A stretch of 64,000 bases of DNA, from assembly GCF_000143415.4 (NCBI RefSeq), contig NW_003314299.1:668229-732228 (forward strand), given 5' to 3'. Positions 34,308-46,376 of this stretch are shown here, piece after piece. This DNA is from Selaginella moellendorffii. Lineage: Eukaryota > Plantae > Lycopodiophyta. The position numbers and the translations under genes are program-made. The stretch's first letter is position 1, and each line of letters begins with the position of its first letter. The notes under the pieces are model-generated. The model saw only the letters and a program-made list of their open reading frames with translations, searched no databases and was not told where the DNA came from.

Positions 34308-36699
34308 AGTGAGTAATCAAGTTTTATCATATGACTGTGACATAGGCATCATCGGGAAGTGGATGAAGAGCTTCACTCTCTTCGCGACCTTCGCCCTCCA
34401 GCACGTCCATGATGAATCCGAAGGGATTGCTCGACTGGAACTGCTGCATATCTGCTCGATCATTTCGAAAACTTAGTGCCAGAGAAGATCCAAACAAAAA
34501 AAATCCAACCTTCCAGTGTTAGCACGGCTTCATTCATCCCATTCCTATGGCTGCCGCTACTGCTACCGCTACTGTTGTTATGCTCCATGATTCGTGGAGT
34601 TCCAGGAACCTCGAGGGAGTCCAAGCTAGCGTGAACTCCATTGAGGTTGGTCGTGGAAGCGGTGCTGTTTAGCTTCCTGTCTTGCTTGTCGAGCAGTAGT
34701 AACTTTGCGGTTGTCACATCTACCTCGGCAGCATGGTCTCAGAGTGAATCTTGTAGATGCGATTGCAGATGTAGATGTTGTCATCTGTTGTCACGCACCA
34801 CAAATACCTTGCTTTGATGGAACTCCTCACAAATAACAACTTGCGATGGGGTTCTTAGGAGCAAAGACACCAGCATTGACACAGCACCTCTGATTTGGAT
34901 CGTGAATCGGCAGCAGCGGCAGGGGCTCTCTTGCTGTCTCAAAAACCCTAGAAAAACATACAAAACAAAACCAAGCTGGATCACAACACGATCAAGCTCG
35001 AATCCCAGCCAGCAGCAACGATTTGGGAGTGAATTTGCTTACCTACTGGAAGAAATCGCGATCCACAGCACACTCCAGTCTTAACACAAATAAAGGTGGC
35101 ATATAAGGAGTAGATTCCTCACATCCCTATTCCTCTAGAGCTTGAGCAGTAGCCTCTTTTGATGACTCCATATGCTTAAGATCCACGCATTCTATGGACA
35201 AGGTTATGTTATGCTTTATGGCAACACTAGTTATACTCACTCATTGATGATTTGAAACTAATGTGATTGAGACTCAAGGGCTGCAACGGACTTGATCCTG
35301 CCCAGAGTGACGCTGTGGAACAGCAATCTCTAGTCAACACTTTGCATGTGCCACATGTTGCTAGGCCTTCTTCTCCCGCCACACATGGCTTGGCCGCCTC
35401 CCATTGGCTGGGAGCAAACATTAGTGCGATTATTCGCTAACACGTGGTTAAAGAAATAACCCCTTTACAGTTACCCCCATCGGACGGCCCTAATTGGCTG
35501 GATCCAGCAGCCCACAAAGTTCGGCATTTGCTCCTTATAGTAGTAGATAATCATTTGACTTCAAGATTCCTAACTTTCTTATTTTATAACTATTACTAAA
35601 TTAAGAATCCAACTTTAGAACACTAACAACATTTAAAATTTCCATCCTTATCCACTTTTAATTATTATGACCAGTTTATCAATTAACTTGAGTGGAGATT
35701 AAGAAAGAAGATGAGTAATATCAACTTCCTACCATTTTAGAAGAGAATATTTATAAGAACTACTTCATAAGAATTTTTTATACTCATAGTCATATTTGCA
35801 ACATTAGTACTTCTTCTTTAAATACAGTTATTAAATAAATGAAAAAATAAAAAAATAATTAAACTTATACAAAATCTTATATAAATTGTAAATTCTCAAT
35901 GAAAGAATCTAAACTAAGTAGTTAGTATTTCTTAGTTTAATTTTTATTGAACAAGATATTTTAATACAACCGTTATATACTATATCACTTTACAAAGTTT
36001 CATTAACAATTGCTCAAATAGCTTTAGAAATATATATTTCATATTAAAGAGGTCACAACTCAAATATAAAAATATGGAAATTTTTACATATTTATTAAAT
36101 AATATACCTAATATAAGATATAAAAAGAAGAGACTTTTGATCTTTGTTGTATGAGCTGTATTTTTTTCAAAATAAATAATAACTTATTAGCTGTTCACTT
36201 TAATTAATTTAAAAATCAATAAATTTATAATTTTTAAATATGTTTATAATTATGAATAAAATACACACACAAAAAGTAGTTGCAAGTATGTGTAATATGA
36301 AAAATGCTAGTTATTAGGAAATTAATTACTAACATTCATAACATAATTTTTGAAATTATTATTCATTAAAAATTATTTACAAAAGTTTTAAATTTTATTG
36401 TTACTATTCTTAGTTTTTAATACTATATATCTACAAAAATTAATTTAAGGAAAATCTTGTACCACTCAGACTGTGAGTGCATAGAATATGGAGATGAAAT
36501 ACAAAATGTTCATATCAATTGACCCAAAAACCCTAATTTATATACAAAAGTGAGTCATATAGATTAAAACTAATACAATGCTATCAAATCTCACTATGCT
36601 AATATTAGTGTATAGTATCATTATTGTACAATTGGACCATAGTCAAGGTTTTCTAGTTGACATTAGAAGGAGGTACTGATAAATTTGTAGTTGGTGTCA

Positions 36700-38450
36700 A
36701 TTGGTTTTGATCCTTTTGTATGAAATATTTTAATTAATGCATATTTATAATTTTTAAAGGATTAGCCTATTAAACATCATGCTAAACCTTATAAATTTGT
36801 GATTGAATTTGCTAGAACACTTAATATGGTCTCTTCCACTAAGCAAAGAGCCCTCAAACAAACCATGTACTATAAAGTTAGGAAAATGGTCATCCACTTT
36901 GTATTCTATAAGCGGACAATGATGGGAGTTATAATGTTGTTGTTATCCTACTTGTATACAACCCGAATGTTTAGCAGACTCCACTTGAACTATTGGAAAA
37001 ATGCTTATCAAATATTGATCCAAAGACTTAATATCGGTAGTTTGTAACAATTGCAAAGATAAACTCAACTCTATTAGTAGTATTAAATCTTGACTACATA
37101 AGAGTTTATATAGTGAAGAACCAACATAACTTGTACCCTTGTGATATGCATATTAAAGAGATAGCAAATAGCCATCCTAATCCAAATACCAAAAGTTTAT
37201 ATATTTCATGATCATCCCTTTGAAGGTATAAATAAGCCATTTTATCAAATTATTTATCAGTGGATGATAAGCACTTGTGGAAGTGTGGCGTATCTTCAGC
37301 CAAAATGTTAAAAAATAAAATGCCTTAGCCATAAATATAAGATTATTGTTTGAAAGAATTTACTCTGGATAAGAATGTTGGAACATCATTTGATTGAGGA
37401 GGAAATATCCAACAATAGTTGCACTAACAAGACAATCAACTTCGACCCAGTAAATTAAGTAGTTAGAAGCAATAATGATATACTCATTGCCAATAGTCAA
37501 CTATGGAAAAGGCTCTATAAGATTAAACACCACTAACTCAAACAGATAGGAAATTATAATTGATTCCAACTATCCTTCTATAACACAAGGGGGAGTATTA
37601 TGAATTTGGCATTAAATGCAATTACGCATATACTGAATAACATTATATATCATTTCTGACTAATAGAAAACTTGTATAGTTTCTCAATCACACAACAATA
37701 TCCCATATACCTATCTAGAATAGGTGAATCATAGTAGGTATGGAAAATAAATTGGTGGAATAAAGATCAAATGCATTAGTAGTTGTAAATGATTATTAGG
37801 ATCCATCCTCACAATAAGAAGGTCATCCTCAAGGCGATTGAAAATGTAAATCAAATAGTGAGTCATTAATAAATAATTTAGGATTCTCAAATCTATTGTA
37901 AAGCTTTCAAATCCACTTGAGCCTCATGAACTTCGTCAAAAGAAAGTAAATCTTGTTCCATACATTGTGAACACTATAGTAACTGCTGATAACATAAAAA
38001 CTTTATCCAAAAAATCTACAGATGCTAGAACAATACACTCGTTAAGAACAACAAAAGAAAGTGAAGAAGGGAAAGGAGCTCGAAAAAGGGTATCAACATT
38101 AACTATAGAACTCTTTAGGTGATGAATAACTTCCAAATCATATATCTAAAGTTTTAGGGCTCATTAAGCATTATGATCAACTATATTCTTCCACTTTAAT
38201 AATAAAGTAACCCCTTTTAATAATGTCTAAGAACTATACAAATATCCATGAAGCTTCTCAAAACTCTAAACTATTGCTAAACACTCCTTTATTGTGGAGT
38301 AATTCACTTCTACTAATTGTAATGTATAGTTGATGTTTATAATGGGATGGCACTGACCAAACACACTTGGGCTCTTTTGCATCAACACATTTCTAAGATC
38401 ATATCAAAAACATCCACACATGAAATGAAAGGTCAAGTGTAATCAAGATA
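36700..38450 (-). mobile_element. Highly decayed Ty3/gypsy-type pol remnant (RNase H region recognisable)
   Basis: Minus-strand translation near 38160-38395 gives VLMQ...CHPI...EVNYSTIKECLAI...VDHNA, matching the RNase H motif ExNYSTTEKECLA...TDH. Extent approximate. Confidence 0.5.
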
Positions 38451-38802
38451 TGTTGAAACTGAACAACACTCGCAATGGTGCAGTACCATCAGAAAGATTA
38501 TCAACAAAACAATTAAGATATTGCATTTTGCCTAAGAAGTGCTACACATTCACTTCAAAGTAGGGAACTTTATATAAGTAACAAAAAAAAAATGACTTAA
38601 GAAATGATCCATAAAGTTCAAATATAAAAGGAAAGGACCCATAAACAAAACTTTCTAATTGGTTAAAGGAAAGTTACTAAAGCATTATTCAAACTATATA
38701 AACAATAAGAATTTATATAAATAAAATGGTGTATGAAAAATAGTTTTAGGAATATCCTCTTTGACCATTGACACTTGGCAGTACCCAAAAGTAAGATTTA
38801 AC

Positions 38803-39007
38803 TATAAGCAACCAAAAAGAATAACTTGAGAAACGATCTATATAGTTCAAATATAGAAGGAAAGGGCTCATGAACAAAAATGCACCCCTTTTTCCAATTG
38901 GTTATGGGTCTTGGGATAGTTAGGGTTAAGTGTCTTAAGTTTGAATAGTATTGGGTTGGGTGACCTCCCGGGAAATCTAAATTCAGGAGTTTACATTTGG
39001 TATCAGA
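38803..39007 (+). mobile_element. LTR end containing a 5S rRNA-like segment, followed by a tRNA-iMet primer-binding site (Cassandra-like)
   Basis: GTTAAGTGTCTT...ATAGTATTGGGTTGGGTGACCTCCCGGGAA (38925-38974) resembles plant 5S GTTAAGCGTGCTT...GTAGTACTAGGATGGGTGACCTCCTGGGAA; then ...TTACA at 38995 and TGGTATCAGA at 38998-39007. A partial second copy of the upstream part lies at ~38573-38665. Confidence 0.65.
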
Positions 39008-41978
39008 AAGGTCTTGGATTCAACTCTGTTAATTGGCTAGGGGAATCACACTACATGTTGATTGACATTTGGTTGGTCTAATTTGCTCTCGTTGGGCTCG
39101 ACCTGAGGGGTAAAGTGTCAAAAGAGTGGGGCTCTCGGGAGAGCTGCAGCTCTTAGCTTCCGCATTTAAGAGCTTACACTAACTTGGTGAACCAATAACA
39201 GCAGTGTGAGGAAGAGGGTACATATTTGGGATAGTCAACATATTTAAGAATGATAGTCAATGCAAAAGCGAGTACTCTTATCAGTTTTGTCACAAAATGA
39301 AGTTCACACACCCAAGGACTTTAAAACTTTTGACTAACACCCTTCTCTAACATTTTTTTAATGTTCATATGCAAAATTTTAATCTTCTTTGGTGATTAAT
39401 GCCGAATAGTAAACTTGATTAAATAAGCATCCCTAATTGAAATAGGATGACATGTTGCAATCTTGGCCTCAAGCAACAAATCAGAGGAGCAAGATGAAAA
39501 CATAATAAAAAGTAATGGAGAGATAAAAGTGATGGAAGTAAAGGTAAAAGCAGAAGGATGAAGGAGAATAAAAGTGAAAGGAACGGAAGAAATATGAGGA
39601 ATTATGAAACAAGGCTTTAAAATCATATTTAGCATGATTGTGCTGCAACCAATCAGTATAAAAAATAAAGTTAAAAACTTGACTCAACACCACCCGCAAC
39701 AATCAAAGTTCAAACTTAAGATCTTTTACATGCATAATTAAGTCTACCTCATCCCATGCATATGCATGTGTACAACCATCATCATAAAGAATGAAAACTT
39801 GGCTCTACCATATAACATAACTGTAGATGGCAATATATGGCAACAAGCTAAGCAATAAAAATAAACTCAAGCTTGTATTAACCAATATAGAGAGAATAAT
39901 ATAAAACCTCTTGTTATAAAAACAATGTTGGAAAGTAAACACTAATGCCAAATGAACCCCTTGATAATATTCTTGAAAGAAAAATGAAGGGGTCACTAAC
40001 TTATTTACACAAAGATCCTTCACTACTTGCACAATTTCTTGTTTCCTAGAAAATCTTTGTGTCAAAACCTTCTACTACATTAGCACTGATAGAATGTTAT
40101 TGATGCTAAGGCCTCCATTCAAGAAATGAAGGAATTCAGAAAACACCAACATTGACGATACATGTGGCCAACCTTATCACACATCTAACAACGGACATCA
40201 CTGCCACAACCACATCCTTGCCTTTGTTTTTAAAAATGAACAGCAATAGTATCAACCTTCATCGGAATAAGATTATTTCCAATAGGAAGTGGATAGAATG
40301 TGTAGTAAGAAGTGGAAAAAACAATATTTTATAACATTGTATCAGTTGAAAAATATTGTCAAGGGTGGCTGAAGCAAGTGCATGCACAACTTCTATAAGA
40401 TTTTGATAAAGTGCTAGCCATAACACTCTTAATTTAATCCATTTTGACATACCATTGATTTAATTATTTTATGGTGATTGTTACTTATCATTCTTGGGAT
40501 GATGCTCAGTGTTTATGTGAGTTTCCCATGTGTTTCCAAAGGATGGCATTATAGTGGTATAATAGTTTGAGTGCAGTCATTCATATGGATTGGAGCATTT
40601 TCCTAGATGTTTTCAAATGCACATTTGAATATGTTAATGATTGTGATGATACCTTTTAGCAATTGCATCATTTTTGTGAAGGGCCATCTAAGTGAATGAT
40701 GTATATTATCCCTAAGATTCTCACAAAAAAATTCTAATCAGCAATAAGAGTAGGAGGAACTATACCATATGCTGTAAATATCACCATTAATTGAGTTTGA
40801 TTATTCAATTACAACCATATAACATTAATCAACTATAGCAACTGTTGCTTCAAAGTCAAAGAATGCTATTACTTTACCATGAGAATGAACAAAAAAGAAA
40901 AAATAAAAGAGAAGAAATTGAAAAAACTATAAGGAAATTGAGATTTAAATAATGCAAAAGCTAAAGTTAAACCAAAATCCCAAATCCAAACACTCCTCAA
41001 AGACAATTACTTCCACCAATGTGAGTGCATTAAATATAAAAATGAATTATAGAAATGTGCATATCAATTGGCCTAAAAACATTAACTTATATATAGTAGT
41101 GAGTATATATCATCTTGTGAGGTCCAAGTGTACAAGTACAATGTGTATAGTGGGATTTTGATAGCCATCAGATTGATTTTAATTTAAATCAATACTTATA
41201 CAGTTTAATTTGGATAAAAATGAATTCAATTATTTAAAATATATACTAATATTTATTGAATCAAACTATATAAAATATATATATACAAATATAGATATGT
41301 TTACATTTTTATATTTATAAATGTAAAATACGCTTTTAATAATGTATTTTTAGTTTAATAAATTTAATAAATATGTTGTGTTACAATTATTATATGGTCT
41401 TCAAATTATTACTAATATTTCTAAAATTATTAGAACTAATATTTAAAAAACATATAAACCAATGATTATTTATATTAGTCAAATCTTTTGGAAATCATTC
41501 AATAAATAATTTTAATAATTTAGACTTAAGATAATGAATGCTAATTTAATCACTTGAAATTGTAAATAAACTTTGAACAAGAATTTAAATTCGGAGGACA
41601 GTGTCCTTGACTTAAGGACACGGTGGATTCACCGGGTTCTTGTTTCAAACCCTAAGCAGTGATGGATGCCACAACCGCTTTCCAGGAGCGGCCTCAGGTA
41701 TTTCTCAGCTCTCGATCCACCCATTCCTTGCTCGATTTTTTTTCTTCTTCTTTTTCGAACTCCAAGCTCTGGCATTTCGCGATCCGAGCTTAATCGCTCG
41801 CGCTGTGCACTACTTTCCAGCGCGATCGCGATGATTTTGCTAGAATTCCTTTTGTCTGCTGCAAAAAAATTCCTGGATTACTAGGAATTCGTTTTCTTTT
41901 TTCTTTTTCTTTAAGAACTAAACGAGAGCTTTTGCTTAGAATCGTTGACTGGATGAAGTGAAGAGAGAAGACAAGCCA

Positions 41979-44004
41979 ATGCAGCAGCCTACGTTTGACA
42001 CCATCTCGAGCACTCAAATTCAAGTAAGCTTTTGATTTTCTCCGTGCTCTTGAGCTTTGGAGTTGCTTGGTTCGTTTGCTTCGTTTCTTCGTTTTTTTCT
42101 GTTTCTTCTTAAGTTCTTCCTTGAGCTTCATAGTACTGCTTGTTTGGCTAAGGTCAGTTCTTTTGTCTTGTTAAGACCAAGCTTTGTTTGCGAGCAGTAA
42201 TTATTGTTTTCGAGTACTACTTTCCTTTTGATATTTTCTGACGTACAATGCTATGTGTTTTTTTCTTTTCCCCAGGAACAAAGTGTTGCCCAGGAAGGAA
42301 ACAACACTCCACCACCATTGGCAAGGATTCCCGAGCCCGCAAGGAAATGGAGAGATATCTTCTGGCTGGGACTGTTCATAGTCCATATGATCGGCTTGGG
42401 TTTTGTGCTAGTCATACTGGGGCTCAACAGGTTTAGAAAGGTGGACAGGCTTAAGCTTAACCGGTTTACAAATCACGACTATGGCATTCTTCAACCTGGC
42501 TTTCAAACAGAGAAGTTCTGGCCGGTGTATGCCGTGGCTTCTGCGCTCGGTGCGGTGTTCGCGTGGGCATCCTTGGCTCTTCTCTGCGTCCGGCCATACT
42601 CGACGATCAAAGTCGCCGTCCACAGCTTGACAACTTATCTCGCAGTGATCAGCGTCTTCTGCTTCCGCGACGGCCAGTTCTTTTTCGGCACTGCCTTCGC
42701 CATTGGCGCTCTCCTGCAGTTCGTCTACACCATGTCAGTCATGGACAGGTACGCTCCTCGTTTAAAATCCTTTTCGTCTCCGCATTCTGTGACGAGCTCG
42801 CTCTCGCTCTTTCAGGCTGCCATTTACGACGCTTGTCTTGAGCAAGGCTGTAAAGCTGATCACCTCTGTCCCTGCGGCTATGAGGATTTCCTACCCGTTC
42901 ATCGCACTGCTGCTCGTTTGGCTGGCATTGTGGTCGTTTGGAGTGTCAGGAGTTATTGCTTCCGGCATGGACGACAACAGCAGATGGCTTCTCATTCTGG
43001 TAGACTTGCTTGGAACCTTGTGTGCCATCGCTCATTGGTTGTAAACTTTCAGGTTCTATCCGTAAGTCTGTTTTGGACTGGAGCTGTGGTTTGCAACACA
43101 GTCCATGTGACTGTGGCTGGAGTGATAGTACTGGCGCTTGCCGACGATCAGATTATGCCACCCAAGCCTATCCTGAGATCACTGCAACACGCCATGACGA
43201 CTTCTCTTGGCAGCATTTGCTATGGTTCCCTATTCACTGCAGCTATAAGAACGATGCGGTGGGCGGTAAGCTATAATATTGTGTTCTTATAATTTTTTTC
43301 TTCTTCTCAAACAGCTTTTGCGTTGTGCTTGCAGATCCGTGGCTTTCGATCACGCATAGGGAAGAACGAGTGCTTGCTGTGCTGCGTGGATTTCCTCTTT
43401 CATCTGGTGGAGACTTTAGTTCGGTTTTTCAACAAGTACGCTTATGTGGAGGCAAGTAGTTTTCTCGCCGTTTCAAAGTTTTGTTTACGAGCAGCTTGAC
43501 CGCAGGTAGCGATCTACGGCAAGTCGTTCAATCACTCCGCTCGGGATGCATGGGAACTCTTCCAGTCGACGGGAATAGAGGTTTTGATCGCGTACGATCT
43601 CTCTGGTGCGATACTGCTCATGGAGATCCTTCTCGGGGGACTCCTGACAGGAACTTGCGTCGGCATCTGGGCCTGGTTCAAGTGGAAGGAGCGAGTTCTC
43701 ATCATCGGCCTCACGGCAATGCTGGTTGGAATGATCTTGGTAAGCACAAACTTTCACCACTCCGAAAAGAACGTTTTTTCTCTTTGAAAACCAGGTTGGC
43801 TTGGGACTTGTAGTAGTGGAGAGTGCAGTGACTTCTCTCTACATGTGTTACGCCTCGGATCCATCCTTGATACGGCGATGGGATCCAGAGTTTGCGGAGC
43901 AAATCGCCGAGACTTTACACCAGAGGCTGCAACACAGAAGCGGGAGAGAGGTTGCTCCTTCTCATTCCTTTCCAAAGTCGCAAAGTAATGTTCTCATGCT
44001 GTAG
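41979..44004 (+). CDS. Choline transporter-like (CTL/SLC44, PNS1-type) membrane protein, multi-exon
   Basis: RKWRDIFWLGLF, SLFWTGAVVCNTVHVTVAG, TTSLGSICYGSLF, FNKYAYVE|VAIYGKSFNHSARDAWELF, VVESAVTSLYMCYA; GT/GC-AG introns. Confidence 0.88.
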
Positions 44005-44130
44005 AAGATCTCCACGCCATCGTCGCCGCGCTTTGCTAGCTTGAAAGTCAGAACATTTTTGATCGTTTTGTACATCAACAAGGTAGAGATTATAATGGTA
44101 AAACCATACCAGAAATTGCTATCATCACTT

Positions 44131-44202
44131 GCGTTAGTAGTCCAACGGTCAGGATAATTGCCTTCCAAGCAATAGACCCGGGTTCGACTCCCGGCTAACG
44201 CA
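44131..44202 (+). tRNA. tRNA-Gly (TCC)
   Basis: GCGTTAGTAGTCCAACGGTCAGGATAATTGCCTTCCAAGCAATAGACCCGGGTTCGACTCCCGGCTAACGCA; T7 Pol III terminator at 44228-44234. Confidence 0.95.
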
Positions 44203-44273
44203 CTCTTCTCTTTAGGTTTAACTTTAGTTTTTTTGTCTTTTAAAGGCAAGCTTGGAAATTGAAGGGTTAGGGA

Positions 44274-44960
44274 ATGGAGATTTCATTTGAGTCACTATTT
44301 TGCCGATATAGCGGTAAGAAAATCGACAAGGTGTTTCTAGACGCTCCAGCGGCACTGAGTTTCTTGACAAAAGATTCTTCTTCTAGTAGTAGTAGTGATT
44401 CGTGTCCCCGGATAAACTGGCAAGAATGGGGCGTGTTCCCGGCAAGTATGGGCCACTACTGCTTGGACACGTGGGTCTCTTCCACCAGGATTTGCGCGGA
44501 AGCCCATCGAAAACTAAACACCATGGTCAAGACGATAGAGCCGCTTAATTCGATGGCGAGCTTGCTTAAAAACGTGAAGGCTAGCAAAAGTATTGGATCT
44601 TCTTCGGCTTGCTCGGTTAATCTTATAGAGGATTTGGGATCGGTGATGAGGATGTTGAGCTACAATCCAGGGAAAGGTGACGAGGTTCCCAAAGTTGACG
44701 GATTTGTCGAGTTTACAAACCTAGGAGACCCCGAGATCAAGCGGCTGGTGAGCACCTATCCGGTGATTATGTGCATGGATGCCAACTCGATCGAGGGGAC
44801 GGTCCCTAGGACTTGTGCGTGGCAGTGTGTTGTGATCGTGGGATATGATCCAGAGGGTTGGATCTTGCTCAACTCGTACGCTGGAGAACACCACTATTTT
44901 AGGGTTGGCTACAAATCTGCCAACTTTGCGGGCTCCTTCCTGCTCGTGCCACTTGTTTGA
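44274..44960 (+). CDS. Intronless papain (C1)-fold protein lacking catalytic Cys and His (putative pseudo-protease)
   Basis: PRINWQEWGVFP...CLDTWVSS aligns with PxxVDWRxxG...CGSCWAFS; QCVVIVGYDPEGWILLNSY...YFRV aligns with HAVxIVGY...WIxKNSW...GYFRI. Confidence 0.6.
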   Translation: MEISFESLFCRYSGKKIDKVFLDAPAALSFLTKDSSSSSSSDSCPRINWQEWGVFPASMGHYCLDTWVSSTRICAEAHRKLNTMVKTIEPLNSMASLLKNVKASKSIGSSSACSVNLIEDLGSVMRMLSYNPGKGDEVPKVDGFVEFTNLGDPEIKRLVSTYPVIMCMDANSIEGTVPRTCAWQCVVIVGYDPEGWILLNSYAGEHHYFRVGYKSANFAGSFLLVPLV

Positions 44961-45481
44961 AGAGGTTGTCTGAAAGATTCTTGGATAGTTCCATCCATCT
45001 AGTGTTTGTTTGTTTTGTTGACATGGTTTGTTATGCACAACGTCCACCCATCAGTGTTACTGAGATCTTCCCCCTTTTCCAAAGAGATGTGGCTGAATTT
45101 TATACGAATTTCTCCTTTTGGGCGATAAAAAAGAGTTTATTCCAGCCCATCACACGTGCACAAGATCCCTTGTGCTCTGGGAATTTCTAGACCTTTGTCA
45201 ACTGGAAGATGGACCAAAATAAAAAAAACAAAAAAAAAGCCAAAGTTTTTTTTTTTTTTTCCTGGGGAGAAAAATAGTTCAATGAAGGACTATACGGATG
45301 ATCCATTGTTCCCTAGCCTATATCCATCCATTGTTTCTTTTTAACTTTAGTTGTCCCCAAATCCATGGCTATGTATCATGTATGTCCACCATGCCATCTC
45401 TATCATGAACATCCATCATCATAATGTTATGATATCATGGTAACATTTACCATCATGTATCATGTAGATGTCCCCCCTACA

Positions 45482-45490
45482 CTATAAATA
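45482..45490 (+). promoter_or_regulatory. Candidate TATA box upstream of the MATE gene
   Basis: CTATAAATA plant consensus, followed by a CT/GA/GT-rich leader-like region. Confidence 0.4.
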
Positions 45491-45974
45491 CACTGCTCGC
45501 TGTGTCTTCCATTATTGGAACAGCAAGCAAAGATCACTCTATATTCTTCATCTCTTCACTCGCCACTGGAAGAGGAGAGCAAGAAAAAGGAGAGAAAACC
45601 CCACCCTACACAATCTACTGCTTGGATTGATCTCCACTGAGTGTGTGTGTGAGAGAGAGAGCAAGAGCATCAAGCAAGATCTTTCCTGTTGAAAAGGAGA
45701 TGCCACATTTGCCTTCACTGGGCATCTTGCATTCAATTCTGTAGCTTCTGTAGCTCTTATTTCTCTCTTTTTCGTTTGGCTGTGAGTCTCATGGCCTGGG
45801 CATTGTTTGTGTTCTACCAAGCATTCTTCTGGGGCTGGGAAGCAGCACTCTCTTCCAGCATCTGTCTCTAGCTTTTTGCAGCACTTGCCCATACTGGCCT
45901 GTGTTGGGGGTCCCATTGGTTTGTGCTCAAATCTTTGAGGGAAAAGGGTTTTTGGAATTGTATATGGTGTGCAT

Positions 45975-46054
45975 TGTGTGAGTGTGTGTGGCTCTGTGTG
46001 AGGGGGTGTGTGTGTGTGTTTGTGCGAGTGTGGGTGTGTGTGTGTGTCTGTGTG
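45975..46054 (+). repeat. Imperfect (GT)n microsatellite
   Basis: Visible tgtgtg runs. Confidence 0.85.
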
Positions 46055-46376
46055 ATATTTTCCAATTCTTCTTCTCTTTGTCCCTCTGTTTCTGGTGTTT
46101 TTTTCTGCTACCACCACCACCAATAGCTCTGATTGATTGCTCTGCTGATTTATTGCTTTCTGCGCACAAGAAAACAACAAAGTTGCAAGCGGCGAGGAGG
46201 CGGAGCCAAGACAAACCAGAAGGAGGAGAGAAAAGGGAGGAAGAACTTTGGCAAGAATCAAGCAAGAAAAGGAAGGAGGAAAGGCTTTCCTTTTCCCTTA
46301 AAGGCAGTCCTCTCGATCTATTCCTTTTCTCCTTTGGTAAGCCCTCAAGATCGTCATCACCACGGGCAGTTCAGCC

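Larger units (their letters stand above)
31253..35547 (-). mobile_element. Non-autonomous Helitron (~4.3 kb) with RPA70-like and RING-finger cargo
   Basis: On the minus strand: A|TCTACTACTATAAG 5' end at 35547; 3' end CCTAGC-ATTG-GCTGGG hairpin, then CAAATA CTAG|T at 31253. Inserted between A and T with no TSD; GC is higher than the flanks. Confidence 0.85.
25600..41600. mobile_element. AT-rich nested, decayed transposon island
   Basis: Sharp drop in GC and CpG, almost no ORFs, and identifiable Helitron and LTR remnants inside. Boundaries approximate. Confidence 0.8.

Noticed and set aside
38925-38974. Functional 5S rRNA gene
   Set aside because: Only the internal ~50 bp matches, it is diverged, and it sits next to an LTR end and PBS.
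39600-41600. Short ORFs in the right part of the AT-rich island
   Set aside because: No recognisable motifs; too decayed to assign.
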